Position numbers and translations under genes: made by a program. DNA of 64,000 nucleotides from a virus. Within the stretch, counting starts at the first letter, position 1. Each line of letters opens with the position of its first letter. A model generated the notes under the pieces. That model ran no database searches and was not told the origin of the DNA. It saw only the letters and a list, made by a program, of their open reading frames with translations. The DNA lies in IMG/VR virus record IMGVR_UViG_3300031857_000082, positions 1-64,000 of that record. The stretch is one strand, 5' to 3'. This document shows, piece after piece, positions 8,424 through 18,249 of the stretch.

Positions 8424-8593
8424 CAGTATCCTTTCTTTGGAAAAGTTACTTTAGATAAATGTTTATTAGTACACATCCAAGTAAGATCTCCCTTTTCTAC
8501 ATACATTCTTGCTTTTGGAACTATTTCTTTACATGTATGGCAAATAAATTTACCAGGGTATAAAGTATAGTTAGGTGTTGATTGTTGATTCAA
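8423..8593 (-). CDS. small zinc-ribbon protein (56 aa, start uncertain)
   Basis: Not in the track. From TTG 8593: (M)NQQSTPNYTLYPGKFICHTCKEIVPKARMYVEKGDLTWMCTNKHLSKVTFPKKGY*, with CxxC...CxxxH. It fills the gap and its TGA overlaps the next ATG. Confidence 0.7.
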   Translation of the reverse strand: MNQQSTPNYTLYPGKFICHTCKEIVPKARMYVEKGDLTWMCTNKHLSKVTFPKKGY

Positions 8594-9578
8594 GTTCTTT
8601 TAGTTTCTCTGGGTTTTCTTTTAGATATTCAATTACCTTTGCTCTACCCTGCAATCTTTCACCTAGAACTGTATACCAAGCCCCACCTTTTTCTATGGTG
8701 CCTAAAAGTTCTGCAGTATCTACAAGGTCTGCTATCTTATCTACTCCAATGGTATCTCCATCAAAATAAAAATCATATTCACCAGAAAGAAATCCTGGAC
8801 CAGTCTTGTTAAAATCAATATGCCAGTTAACTTTTCTTCCTACTTTACCTTCTATAAGTTTATCTCCGACTGTTATCTTAGACTTTAAGGCATTGTTGTC
8901 TGAGTCACTAGACCATAATTTAACAACTGTGCTTGAGAAAAATTTAACTGCTAGCCCACCAGTTGGCATATGAGAAGCATACATAGCACCAATATTATTT
9001 CTTAATTGTGAAATTAAAACCAATAATGTTTGACCATCTTGATTATTTGCATAATTAAGCATTTTTACTGCATTGGTCATATCCTTGGCTTCTGCACCTA
9101 TTTGTTTAGTATTTTCTAAAGCCTTTAATTCACTGGAGTCTTTTTCAAAATATATAGCAGGCAATAATGCAGATATAGAATCAACTACTATAATATCTAT
9201 CTTTGCTTTCATTAGTTGAGTAGCAACATCAACCATATCATTAATAGTCTTAGCAGCAGAGTATACTAATTTATTTGTATCTACCCCAAGTTTTGTAGCC
9301 CACTCTGGATCAAAAGACTGCTCTGCATCAATCCAAGCACATAGTTTCCCTTCCTTTTGTGCTTCGCCAATCATTTGTAAACAAAAAGATGACTTGCCAG
9401 CAGACTTGTTGCCCCAAATCATAACCTGTCTTCCGTATGCAAACCCACCTTTTAATGCATTGTTTAAACTTATGCTTGGTGTTTTTTGTTTAATTACTTC
9501 TACGTCAGTAGCATTACTTAATCTTTTTCTTAAACTAGGATCTAGTTGTGATAAGAATTCTTCAATCTGTATAGACAT
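8571..9578 (-). CDS. recA: RecA/UvsX-like recombinase
   Basis: GNKSAGKS Walker A, WIDAE, IIVVDS Walker B, ISQLR, PTGGLAVKFFSS, GGAWY. Confidence 0.95.
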   Translation of the reverse strand: MSIQIEEFLSQLDPSLRKRLSNATDVEVIKQKTPSISLNNALKGGFAYGRQVMIWGNKSAGKSSFCLQMIGEAQKEGKLCAWIDAEQSFDPEWATKLGVDTNKLVYSAAKTINDMVDVATQLMKAKIDIIVVDSISALLPAIYFEKDSSELKALENTKQIGAEAKDMTNAVKMLNYANNQDGQTLLVLISQLRNNIGAMYASHMPTGGLAVKFFSSTVVKLWSSDSDNNALKSKITVGDKLIEGKVGRKVNWHIDFNKTGPGFLSGEYDFYFDGDTIGVDKIADLVDTAELLGTIEKGGAWYTVLGERLQGRAKVIEYLKENPEKLKELESTINT

Positions 9579-12500
9579 TATTTAATTACCTCATTCAATA
9601 CTAAAGAGCCATCTTCTGATTTTCCAAATGTCATTTTGGTTACAGTTCCTGGCTCGCATTTCATATATCCCTCAGAAAATTGTCGAGGGAAAACTATAAT
9701 AGGTTTCATTTCACGATCTGAGTTTGCAACTATCATATGTGCCATTTTCTTTCCAGCCTTAGTTACTCTAGGCTTAAATGATAGCACATAATACTCTTCT
9801 CCGCCATAGGGCAAAGACTTATAATTTAAAAACTTAACTAAACTATTTGTAGAAAAATTCTTTATTTCATCAACAATAATTGCTTCACTAATTCTATTGG
9901 CACCAACTAAAAATAGATATGTCTTGCCTTGCTCTATCTTTGTCTCTTCTTCGTCAAATACCCCAAGCATTCCAGTAGCATCCATGATTTCTACTCTAGA
10001 CCAGCCCTTGCCACGTTTAATATTTTTTACAACACCCATAATAATATGAACATCTGTCTCATCAAAATCTTCAATATCGTCTATGTAAGCATAATAGTGA
10101 GGTGGAACGCTAGTTGTAAATTCTGGAAGATTTAAATACTCATAAAGATTTTCTTTTACAACACTTTCTTGTCTTGGATTATCTGGAAATGCTAATGCAC
10201 CTACTGCATTTAATGCTTGAACGGCTCTTATATTTATTCCACTACCCTTTTTAGAGGCTAGTGTTGAAAATTCTTGATAAGATTTATAAGGTCTATAAGC
10301 CATGATCTTAGAAGAAACTCCATCAGATATCCACTTAATTGAAGATAACCCTACACGAATACCTTTGCCCTCAATAGTAAAGTCTGACTCAGACTCATTA
10401 ACATGAGGCAACCTAATTGCAATGCCCATTCTTTTTGCTTCGATCAAATACTCTGTTCTTGCATCTTTATCTTGTTCGTTTCTTAACAAACAATACATAA
10501 ACTCAATTGGGTAATAATACTTTAACCATGCAGTCCAGTAGGAAAGCATAGAGTATGCAACAGCGTGTGACTTATTGAATGAATACCCTGCGTGAGCCTC
10601 AAAATCATGCCATAACGCCTCTGCTTTGAATGGGGTGATATGTTTTGATGCACCCACTACGAATCTGTCTTTAAATTCATCAAATTCTTTTGCGTCTTTC
10701 TTTTTACCAATAATCTTTCTAACTTTATCTGCTTCTGCCATACTCATGCCACCAAGGTGAACGCAAGACTGCATTACTTGTTCTTGATACAGTACACAAC
10801 CGTAGGTATCTTTTGTAAACTCTTGCATAATAGGATGAATATATTCAGTAATAGCCTTTCCATGTTTTCTTGCAAGATATGTTTTGCCAATAGTATTCAT
10901 TGCACCTGGTCTTACTAGTGCATTAGAGGCTGCTAACTCATTTAAATTAGATACCCCCATCTTTACTAAAAGATTTGTATAGGGAGTTGCTTCACACTGA
11001 AACACCCCTTTTGTTCTTCCGTCTGAAAGCATTTCATAAACTTTTTTATCATTTAAATCAATTTCATTTAATTTTATATCTATCTTATGACGCTTCTTAA
11101 TAGACTTAATTGTTTCATCAATTACCGTCAAAGTTTTTAGTCCTAGTACGTCAAGTTTAATTAATCCAATGTCTGCAGCCTCATCCATGTCAACTGCAAC
11201 TACTGCTATACGATCTTTTGTTCCTGGTGCAAGTCTAGTTTCTAAAGGTGCATATTTAAAAATAGGTTCTTTTGCTGTAACAACTCCAGCAGCGTGGATC
11301 CCAGTTCCTCTAATTCTTCCACGAAGTTGCTCTCCATATTTAACTACTTCTGGATACTTCATTCTAAACCACTGTGCACTTTTGCTTGAAGTAAAGTCAT
11401 CCCAATCATCAACATTTTTTAATACTTTATTTACATCAGACAAAGGTATATTAAATGCTCTTGAAACATCTCTTACAATACCTTTTCCTCTAAACTCTAA
11501 AAAGGTAGCAATTGATGCAACGTTTTTATATTCTTCTTCTAAGTAACCTTTTAGTTCATCACGTCTTGAGTCTGCAATGTCAGAATCGATATCTGGAAAG
11601 TCATTACGCTCTGGGTTAACAAATCTAAAAAACAGTAATCCATGCTCTATTGGATCAACATCTGTAATTCCAAGTGCGTAGCAGACCAAAGATCCAGCAG
11701 CAGATCCACGACCTGGACCTACCAAAATTCCCTGGCTCTTTGCCCAGTTAAGCATATTGCTTACAATTAAAAAGTATGGTGCAAAATTTTTATCTTTAAT
11801 AATCTCTAACTCTTCTAATGATCTATTTACATATTCAGGTAGATGATTAAGTTTTTTATCTATTAATCCTTTAACAACTAAATCTTCTAGTGTTTTTTGT
11901 GGGTCACTAACTTTTGCAGGTAGTAAGTCTAATCCAGATTTAATATCATATTCTTCTATCTTGTTTGCTATCTCTAATGAATTAGTATAAATATCTTCTC
12001 TCTTTATACCCTGCATATTCATAGCCTGTTTCATTTCATCATATGAAAGAAGATGAATATCAAATGATCTAAAGGACATAGGTCTATCTGCACCATATAA
12101 ATAATCAAGACGCTTCATCATGTCATCTATCTTTTGAGATTTTTCAAACTTTGCCTCTTTGTCAAGTTTTGCATGTGTATTTAAAAGAAGCATAATTTCT
12201 TGAACTACTTTTTGATCTACAGTAGAATGGTGGCAATCTGGGGTAACAACAGACTTGATATCCATACTATCTGCAATTTCAAGCAATTCATTATTTAATT
12301 CTTTAGAATTATGTGGCATAACTTCAACGTAGAAATCATCTTTAAAAACATCTTTAAACCAATTTAAAAGTCTCTTTGCTTCTGCATATTCTTTATGCTC
12401 TAAGGCTTTAGCAATAAGTCCAGACATACAGGCTGATAAAACAATCAAGCCATCTTTATATTTTTCTAATACTTCAAAATCAATTCTAGGTTTTTTATAA

Positions 12501-12853
12501 AACCCTTCTGTCCAACCTATTTCATTTAATCTATTTAGATTTTCTAATCCTTGTTGGTTCTTTGCAAGAATAACAATATGGTTATATGTTAAATCTAGAG
12601 GACCAGTTCTTTCTGATTTATCTCTTCTATCAAATCTATCATGAGTAATATATCCTTCTATACCAAGGATTGGCTTTATACCCTCGGCTTTTGCTGCACG
12701 ATACATTGGACGATGTCCAGATAATGCACCGTGATCTGTAATGGCTATGGCTGTCATACCATTTTGCTTTGCACGTTTGCAATACTCCTCTGGAGTTGCA
12801 ACACCATCCATTAATGAATAGTGTGTGTGAACGTGTAATGGAACGTAATTCAA
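9578..12853 (-). CDS. dnaE: DNA polymerase III alpha subunit (family C)
   Basis: PHP motifs HVHTHYS and ITDHG; GRGSAAGSL; catalytic PDIDSD; HAAG; KLDVLGL; YSFNKSHA; OB-fold C-terminus. Confidence 0.97.
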   Translation of the reverse strand: MNYVPLHVHTHYSLMDGVATPEEYCKRAKQNGMTAIAITDHGALSGHRPMYRAAKAEGIKPILGIEGYITHDRFDRRDKSERTGPLDLTYNHIVILAKNQQGLENLNRLNEIGWTEGFYKKPRIDFEVLEKYKDGLIVLSACMSGLIAKALEHKEYAEAKRLLNWFKDVFKDDFYVEVMPHNSKELNNELLEIADSMDIKSVVTPDCHHSTVDQKVVQEIMLLLNTHAKLDKEAKFEKSQKIDDMMKRLDYLYGADRPMSFRSFDIHLLSYDEMKQAMNMQGIKREDIYTNSLEIANKIEEYDIKSGLDLLPAKVSDPQKTLEDLVVKGLIDKKLNHLPEYVNRSLEELEIIKDKNFAPYFLIVSNMLNWAKSQGILVGPGRGSAAGSLVCYALGITDVDPIEHGLLFFRFVNPERNDFPDIDSDIADSRRDELKGYLEEEYKNVASIATFLEFRGKGIVRDVSRAFNIPLSDVNKVLKNVDDWDDFTSSKSAQWFRMKYPEVVKYGEQLRGRIRGTGIHAAGVVTAKEPIFKYAPLETRLAPGTKDRIAVVAVDMDEAADIGLIKLDVLGLKTLTVIDETIKSIKKRHKIDIKLNEIDLNDKKVYEMLSDGRTKGVFQCEATPYTNLLVKMGVSNLNELAASNALVRPGAMNTIGKTYLARKHGKAITEYIHPIMQEFTKDTYGCVLYQEQVMQSCVHLGGMSMAEADKVRKIIGKKKDAKEFDEFKDRFVVGASKHITPFKAEALWHDFEAHAGYSFNKSHAVAYSMLSYWTAWLKYYYPIEFMYCLLRNEQDKDARTEYLIEAKRMGIAIRLPHVNESESDFTIEGKGIRVGLSSIKWISDGVSSKIMAYRPYKSYQEFSTLASKKGSGINIRAVQALNAVGALAFPDNPRQESVVKENLYEYLNLPEFTTSVPPHYYAYIDDIEDFDETDVHIIMGVVKNIKRGKGWSRVEIMDATGMLGVFDEEETKIEQGKTYLFLVGANRISEAIIVDEIKNFSTNSLVKFLNYKSLPYGGEEYYVLSFKPRVTKAGKKMAHMIVANSDREMKPIIVFPRQFSEGYMKCEPGTVTKMTFGKSEDGSLVLNEVIK

Positions 12854-12880
12854 GCCATAGCCTTTCAGATTAGTTACTTA

Positions 12881-13531
12881 TTACCACTCTGCTGCTGCAG
12901 ATGTGGTTGGGTTAGCAAACCCTAAATAGAATGCTTCTTGTTCAGCATATGGAAGTTCACGAATAACTTTGTCCAAGTTAAATGCTTCGTGTGATCCCCA
13001 ATTAAATGGTTCGGCATCTTGTTTTCCTGGAAGAAGGATATATGTTGTTTCAGTTCCTTTTCCATTTCTTTTTAATTTCCATACCATGTTGCTAATGCTA
13101 TTTGAGTCTGCTGCAAATTCACGGATCGTACTAAATGTAGCAGTCTTGCTAACACCCATACTCCAGACTGCAACCTTTGGTTCGTCTGTACCGTTATCTA
13201 CTAACACATTGCAATAGAAACGAAGTCGTGCTCTCCAGCCGCTCTTTGGTTCTTTACGGAACATTTCACAACCAAAACAACGTCCTTGAGTATCTGCAGT
13301 ACATGCTGCTTTTCTCTTGTAGTCTTCTGGATTTGTGTGTTCACTTTGAACAATTGCAAGACCACGCTTTTCTTCATAGTTTGGTGAGTCTGCATCTAGT
13401 TCACTTACAAAGCGAATTTGTACGCTTTCGCCATCATCTAACTTGAGCCAATTAACCTTGGCACCACTGTTTTCTACTTTTGTTTTGTCAAGAATTGCTT
13501 CTATATTCTTGAGTCCTTTTATAATTGCCAT
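12881..13531 (-). CDS. single-stranded DNA-binding protein (gp32-like, zinc-binding)
   Basis: WLKLDDGESVQIRF, H..C..CxxC, KRNGKGTETTY, short aromatic/acidic C-terminus; lies between primase and polymerase. Confidence 0.75.
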   Translation of the reverse strand: MAIIKGLKNIEAILDKTKVENSGAKVNWLKLDDGESVQIRFVSELDADSPNYEEKRGLAIVQSEHTNPEDYKRKAACTADTQGRCFGCEMFRKEPKSGWRARLRFYCNVLVDNGTDEPKVAVWSMGVSKTATFSTIREFAADSNSISNMVWKLKRNGKGTETTYILLPGKQDAEPFNWGSHEAFNLDKVIRELPYAEQEAFYLGFANPTTSAAAEW

Positions 13532-13568
13532 ATTTCTCCTTAGTATTTGTCCTGTAAATGGACTTACC

Positions 13569-14525
13569 TTATTGTAGCATTGACAAGACTATATTGTCAA
13601 ATCTTGCTACAAAATCTTTTAATTCTTTATCTGACAAATCGGACACATCTTTTACGTCATTTGGAAGTTTTGCTATTATACATTTGCCAGGTCCAAGATC
13701 TGTAATAAGTTTATTAGACATGTTGGTGCCTGCATCATCGTTATCCCCTAATGCAATTACCTGATTAAAGTATTGTTTTAATAATTTTCTTTGTTCTTTA
13801 GATATAGTTGCACCTAACGTAGCAACAGCATGAACTCCAACTTGCTCTAGTCTAATTGCATCAAATGACGACTCAACAACAAATATCTTATCTACCCTTT
13901 TATTTCTCCATAAATTAAATAAAGTTTTACTTTTAGGTAGATCTTGTGTATTCTTAAATACTTTTCCTTCTATGGATCTTCCGACAAAGCCTATACATGT
14001 GCCATCTGGGGAGTGTACAGGAATAGTAACCATATCCTGGGTTAAAGAATATCCTAGTTTATACTTTTCAACACTTTCTTTAGTAATGTGCCTATTGGAA
14101 TAATACTTGATTGCTCTCTCGTTTTCAAACACATTTTTATGCAACTGCTCTATAGATTCTAACGAATACTGCTTAAAAATTATTTTCTTTTCTAAACTAC
14201 CGCTTAATTGATCAACTAAATTTCTAGTATCTGCTTTTGAATCTATAAGTCTCATTGCTTCAAAATAAGATCTTTTACTTACATGCATAATAAGTTCTGT
14301 TAATTCTTTAGATTCTTGACAAGAAAAACACCAGAAGATTCCTGTTTCTTTTGATACCTCTCCTGCTGGTGATCTATAGTTATTATGGAATGGACAAAAG
14401 ATCATTAAGTCATTGTCTAATTCATATTGTATGTCTATGCCAGCGGCTACAAGACTTCGCTTGACTTGCTCTTCTGAGTAATAGGTAACATTATTGGGTT
14501 GTTTTTGTCTATTCCTGCTATACAC
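13569..14525 (-). CDS. dnaG: DNA primase (CHC2 zinc finger plus TOPRIM)
   Basis: CPFH...CFSC zinc finger; VVESSFDAI; DNDDAG; KDVSD. Confidence 0.93.
   Translation of the reverse strand: MYSRNRQKQPNNVTYYSEEQVKRSLVAAGIDIQYELDNDLMIFCPFHNNYRSPAGEVSKETGIFWCFSCQESKELTELIMHVSKRSYFEAMRLIDSKADTRNLVDQLSGSLEKKIIFKQYSLESIEQLHKNVFENERAIKYYSNRHITKESVEKYKLGYSLTQDMVTIPVHSPDGTCIGFVGRSIEGKVFKNTQDLPKSKTLFNLWRNKRVDKIFVVESSFDAIRLEQVGVHAVATLGATISKEQRKLLKQYFNQVIALGDNDDAGTNMSNKLITDLGPGKCIIAKLPNDVKDVSDLSDKELKDFVARFDNIVLSMLQ
13571..13600 (-). promoter_or_regulatory. promoter for the ssb-dnaE-recA operon, with an inverted repeat
   Basis: TTGACA-N18-TACAAT with TGC extension; TTGACAA-N7-TTGTCAA palindrome at 13580-13600. 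Confidence 0.65.
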
Positions 14526-14758
14526 TTTGCTTTGTCCTTACCAACATGTACCCCATAAACTGATAGTTTAAAATTAAATGCTTTACCATTATACGACAAT
14601 GTAAAGTCTGTGTCAATATCATATCTAGGAACGTAGCCACTATTTCTCATAGCGGCCTCTAACATAAATATGTATTGTTGTTTTAACCTAACGATCTGAG
14701 AGTCATCATAGATTTCTCCCTCTAGGTCAAACTTCTTTATTGACTTGTGATTGTACAT
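14447..14758 (-). CDS. hypothetical protein (probably leaderless)
   Basis: TATAAT 6 nt before the ATG; overlaps the primase 5' end. Confidence 0.75.
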   Translation of the reverse strand: MYNHKSIKKFDLEGEIYDDSQIVRLKQQYIFMLEAAMRNSGYVPRYDIDTDFTLSYNGKAFNFKLSVYGVHVGKDKAKCIAGIDKNNPIMLPITQKSKSSEVL

Positions 14759-14778
14759 ACCACAATTATATAGTTAGA

Positions 14779-16005
14779 TTATGATTTGTCCTCAAAATCC
14801 TTGTATATAAATCTTCCAGAATCAAAATCAACATCTATCATAAAATCTCCAGAGAAACCGTGCCTATTCTTTCTAAAGGCACATTCTAGAATTGTTGTGC
14901 CTTGAGCACGGCCAAGTGCTAGTACCCAATCTGCATCATATGCTAATTGCTTTGACCAGGCAACCTGACCAAGAGAAGGCACGCTGTTCATGTCTGTAGC
15001 GTCATCTGGGGTAGCAGAAGCAATTGCAACAATAGGAACTTGTGCAGATATAGCCAATACTTTTAGTTCTCTAGAAATACTTTTAATCTTTACTACTTCA
15101 TTATCTGTTGGAACATTTGATTGCATTAATTGAATATAATCTACAAATACAATGTCTGGTGAATATTGATCTATCTTTCCTCTTAATACAGAAGTAGATA
15201 ATTCTCCTACCCCGTCATTTGAGACAATATGAAACGGTGGCATTTTAGAAAGATGTTGCTGTCCCCAAATATTAAAAGACTCTTCGTCAACATCTCCAGA
15301 TGTAAGTTTTCTGTGTGAAAATAATCCTTGGCCCATAATTGTGTATACACGATTTCTAACCTCTGTCTCTGTCATTTCAAGAGATATAACTAGTGGCTTT
15401 CTTCCGTTCTTCCATGCTTGAACAGCCATAAACAATGCAAGCCAAGACTTGCCAATAGCAGGATAAGCAAGAAGAATGCCAAACTGACCAGGAGTAATAC
15501 CTGCTGGAAGATAGTTGTCAAAGCCCGCAAGACCTGTTTTAATACCGTGATGACCTTTTTCATTTAACTCCTTAATGTGTTTAAAGTGTGCAACAGCATC
15601 TTCTATATCTGTAGCATCAACATCTCTTATATCTGCTGTAATCTTTTTTAATTCAGCAGTCTTACCAATCAAAGTATTTAAAGCATCATTAGGCTTGTTA
15701 TCTTGTAATTGCTTAGCAGTAGACATTAGCACATTGCTTAAAGTATCTTGTAAGTATGAGGTTCTAAGTTCTTCAAGGTGATACTTTGTATTTCCTATTT
15801 CTCCAATTGGATCAAAGTCTCTAAATTTTTCTACTACTAATGGTATTGATGGAACTGTAGAATTTTGTTCACTATATTGTTTAATGAATTCCCAAACATC
15901 TTTATGAGTTCTAAATAGACTATCTGGATTTGCCTGTAGTAATACGTGCAGTTGTTTATCTTTAAGTACCGCTGAAAGTACCTTTGCCTCTAATTCTGCA
16001 GACAT
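14779..16005 (-). CDS. dnaB: DnaB-like replicative helicase
   Basis: AYPAIGKS Walker A variant, SLEM, VFVDYIQLM, ISRELK, YDAD, KNRHG; start placed at ATG 16005 (TAATG overlap). Confidence 0.93.
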   Translation of the reverse strand: MSAELEAKVLSAVLKDKQLHVLLQANPDSLFRTHKDVWEFIKQYSEQNSTVPSIPLVVEKFRDFDPIGEIGNTKYHLEELRTSYLQDTLSNVLMSTAKQLQDNKPNDALNTLIGKTAELKKITADIRDVDATDIEDAVAHFKHIKELNEKGHHGIKTGLAGFDNYLPAGITPGQFGILLAYPAIGKSWLALFMAVQAWKNGRKPLVISLEMTETEVRNRVYTIMGQGLFSHRKLTSGDVDEESFNIWGQQHLSKMPPFHIVSNDGVGELSTSVLRGKIDQYSPDIVFVDYIQLMQSNVPTDNEVVKIKSISRELKVLAISAQVPIVAIASATPDDATDMNSVPSLGQVAWSKQLAYDADWVLALGRAQGTTILECAFRKNRHGFSGDFMIDVDFDSGRFIYKDFEDKS

Positions 16006-16307
16006 TACTTTAACCACTCTTTCGCTTGTTCACGCATTATTGCACGAACTCTATCGTCTTCTTCTTTTAACTTCTTTGCTGAATAAACTTTGTCTGCATT
16101 ATATGTAAACCACTTCCAACTAGGGCTTGCACTTACTGCAAAGTAATATTCTACCAAATCATAGCAACCCTGTAAAGTATAAGACTGAATCAATGCATCG
16201 GCAGCCCACTGCTCTACATGCATATTCATAGTATCGTCTAAACCTTTATCTTTTAGACACTTTCTAAATCTAGTAAGAAGTGCAAATTTTTGCTGCTTAT
16301 TTGTCAC
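16005..16307 (-). CDS. hypothetical protein upstream of the helicase
   Basis: Translationally coupled on both sides; helical. Confidence 0.75.
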   Translation of the reverse strand: MTNKQQKFALLTRFRKCLKDKGLDDTMNMHVEQWAADALIQSYTLQGCYDLVEYYFAVSASPSWKWFTYNADKVYSAKKLKEEDDRVRAIMREQAKEWLK

Positions 16308-16507
16308 TACTCTAGTTCTTTCTTAGCCTCATCTACTTTTTCTACAACCTTGTCTTCTATGAATTTATAAACACGTTCCATTGCTGTATCCATTGTTTCA
16401 CCTTCACGAAGGAAGTCTGTACAACCTAGATCTACTCTAAGACTTTGAAAATTTCCAAGGTTTAAAGTATAGCCTAGCGTTACTGATACTGTTGTCTTGT
16501 CAGACAT
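16307..16507 (-). CDS. hypothetical protein
   Basis: VTLGYTLNLGNFQSLRVDLG beta-hairpin plus C-terminal helix; coupled to the next gene. Confidence 0.8.
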   Translation of the reverse strand: MSDKTTVSVTLGYTLNLGNFQSLRVDLGCTDFLREGETMDTAMERVYKFIEDKVVEKVDEAKKELE

Positions 16508-16510
16508 AAT

Positions 16511-17056
16511 TCACCACGTTTCTTCTGCCCAAACAGGGATAAATTCCCCGCTTTTATTTTGCGTATATAACATAATAGCATCTCCTATCAAAGAACGCAA
16601 CTCTTTTTCGGTAGGAATATTTTTTCTTGGAGTAATCCTACCATCCTTTCTGGGTCTACCTGAATGGATATTACTCATTGCCTCACGAATCTTAAAAAGA
16701 TCATCTTCTGAATAGTAAGACATTTTTTGCCAAACTCTTTTGCCTCCAGGAACTGCACCTGTTGGGGGTAGAATAATTTCAGCCTTTATCATTCTTTCAA
16801 ATTGAACTCTAGATCTTGCAAATATCTTAGTTGTATTTGTAAAGGTATAGGCTCTTTTTCTATGTTTTTTAAAATCAGACAATAATAGGCTTTGCTCTTT
16901 ATCGTGTATATAGTTATAGATTGTGCATACATTAGAGGCTCTATTAGAATGTATTAATCTTACTAGATCGTTATTTAAAAAGAATATAACGCTGCTAGGT
17001 TTTACAGATGATTGCCATTCTTTTTTGCCATTTGTCTTTCTTGCTGCATTATCCAT
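16511..17056 (-). CDS. MerR/excisionase-like HTH protein with AT-hook
   Basis: RAYTFTNTTKIFARS...YYSEDDLFKIR winged-HTH-like pattern followed by GRPRK. Confidence 0.6.
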   Translation of the reverse strand: MDNAARKTNGKKEWQSSVKPSSVIFFLNNDLVRLIHSNRASNVCTIYNYIHDKEQSLLLSDFKKHRKRAYTFTNTTKIFARSRVQFERMIKAEIILPPTGAVPGGKRVWQKMSYYSEDDLFKIREAMSNIHSGRPRKDGRITPRKNIPTEKELRSLIGDAIMLYTQNKSGEFIPVWAEETW

Positions 17057-17196
17057 TGTATTTTTTTACCATACTTTTGAGGGTTATGATACATTTCTCG
17101 CTTTCCACAAATTAAACAATATAATTCTAAATGATCGTGGGATGAAAATACCCTATCAACGAACATTTTTCCATTACACTTACTACACTTTATCAT
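17002..17196 (-). CDS. zinc-ribbon protein
   Basis: CSKCNGKM...CLICG. Confidence 0.8.
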   Translation of the reverse strand: MIKCSKCNGKMFVDRVFSSHDHLELYCLICGKREMYHNPQKYGKKIQWIMQQERQMAKKNGNHL

Positions 17197-17235
17197 TATT
17201 TACCATTCTATTAATTTAAGTCAGTATACCATATT

Positions 17236-17667
17236 TTATTGAGGTAGTCCGACTACTATTGCATTTACACTTAGATTAACAGTACCAGCCTCGTTATATC
17301 TAACAATGCCTTTTGCTAGGCTTGTTGTAACGTTTGTCAAAACGATTGTAACGTTATTTCCAGCATTTGATCCCGTGTTATTAAGGATTGTTACTGTCAC
17401 GACTGGTGTATATTTGTAACTAGTTGGATAACTAATTGTAAACTCTTCTGTTTGCCCACCGCTAACACTTGTTGCTACCAAAGGCTTAGTCTCTGCATAA
17501 AATTTTAAACTTGAGGTTCCAACAGATCCTGTATCTTTGTTTACTTGAGAACTGCTACTAGCCTTTACGGTTAAAGCATTTGTAAGTGTATTGACCTGTT
17601 CTGTAATGTCATAAAGAATATTAACATCCAGTGGCTGACCACGTTCTGGTAATGATAAAGCACCCAT
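17236..17667 (-). CDS. minor tail protein (H-type-lectin-like C-terminus)
   Basis: ISYPTSYKYTPVVTVT...VNAIVVG beta-sandwich end typical of fibre tips; GGAGG RBS. Confidence 0.55.
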   Translation of the reverse strand: MGALSLPERGQPLDVNILYDITEQVNTLTNALTVKASSSSQVNKDTGSVGTSSLKFYAETKPLVATSVSGGQTEEFTISYPTSYKYTPVVTVTILNNTGSNAGNNVTIVLTNVTTSLAKGIVRYNEAGTVNLSVNAIVVGLPQ

Positions 17668-17682
17668 AATACCTCCAGTATA

Positions 17683-18249
17683 TCACGATAGGGCGTAGAT
17701 AAGTCCTTCTACGTTTGCAACGTTTTGATTAATCTGAGTTACGCTAGCACTTATGTTAGTTACAGATGCTGAAATAGATGCCGTATCTCTTAAATCAATT
17801 AGGCTTACTACATCTGTATCAAATATTTTTAGTTGATCATTTTCTAAAGGCTCTCCATCTACATATTGAGAAGGAAACTGTCCTTTTATTCTTACAGTAG
17901 CACTACCGCTATTTGCAATACTTATACCGTTAGCATTCATCCTATTGTAAAAGTCATATGCTTGATTATCCCATTTAACAAAAATATCATAGTCTTTAAT
18001 AAATTCATTATAGTCGGTTCCTGAAGAAGACAGTGTCAAAGATATTGCATCGTCTCTATTGTCATATATAGCACTTGCAGAAAAAGAAGGTATTTCTGGA
18101 ACAAGTTGTTTGCCATTAATAATTTTAAATATTGGAGACCAGTATGATACTACGTTTCTATCTTCTGTAATTATTCTAAATCTAAATTTTTGAGTACCGT
18201 CCGACATTGGAGGTGGCAGTTCCTCTAGTGGAAATATAAACTTTGCCAT
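17683..18249 (-). CDS. minor tail protein
   Basis: In the tail operon; C-terminal coiled-coil with ISASVT repeats. Confidence 0.6.
   Translation of the reverse strand: MAKFIFPLEELPPPMSDGTQKFRFRIITEDRNVVSYWSPIFKIINGKQLVPEIPSFSASAIYDNRDDAISLTLSSSGTDYNEFIKDYDIFVKWDNQAYDFYNRMNANGISIANSGSATVRIKGQFPSQYVDGEPLENDQLKIFDTDVVSLIDLRDTASISASVTNISASVTQINQNVANVEGLIYALS

Noticed and set aside
9578-12853. Inteins or introns in dnaE (also checked terL, dnaB, recA, nrdJ)
   Set aside because: Lengths and motif spacing are normal; no splice-junction or homing-endonuclease motifs seen.
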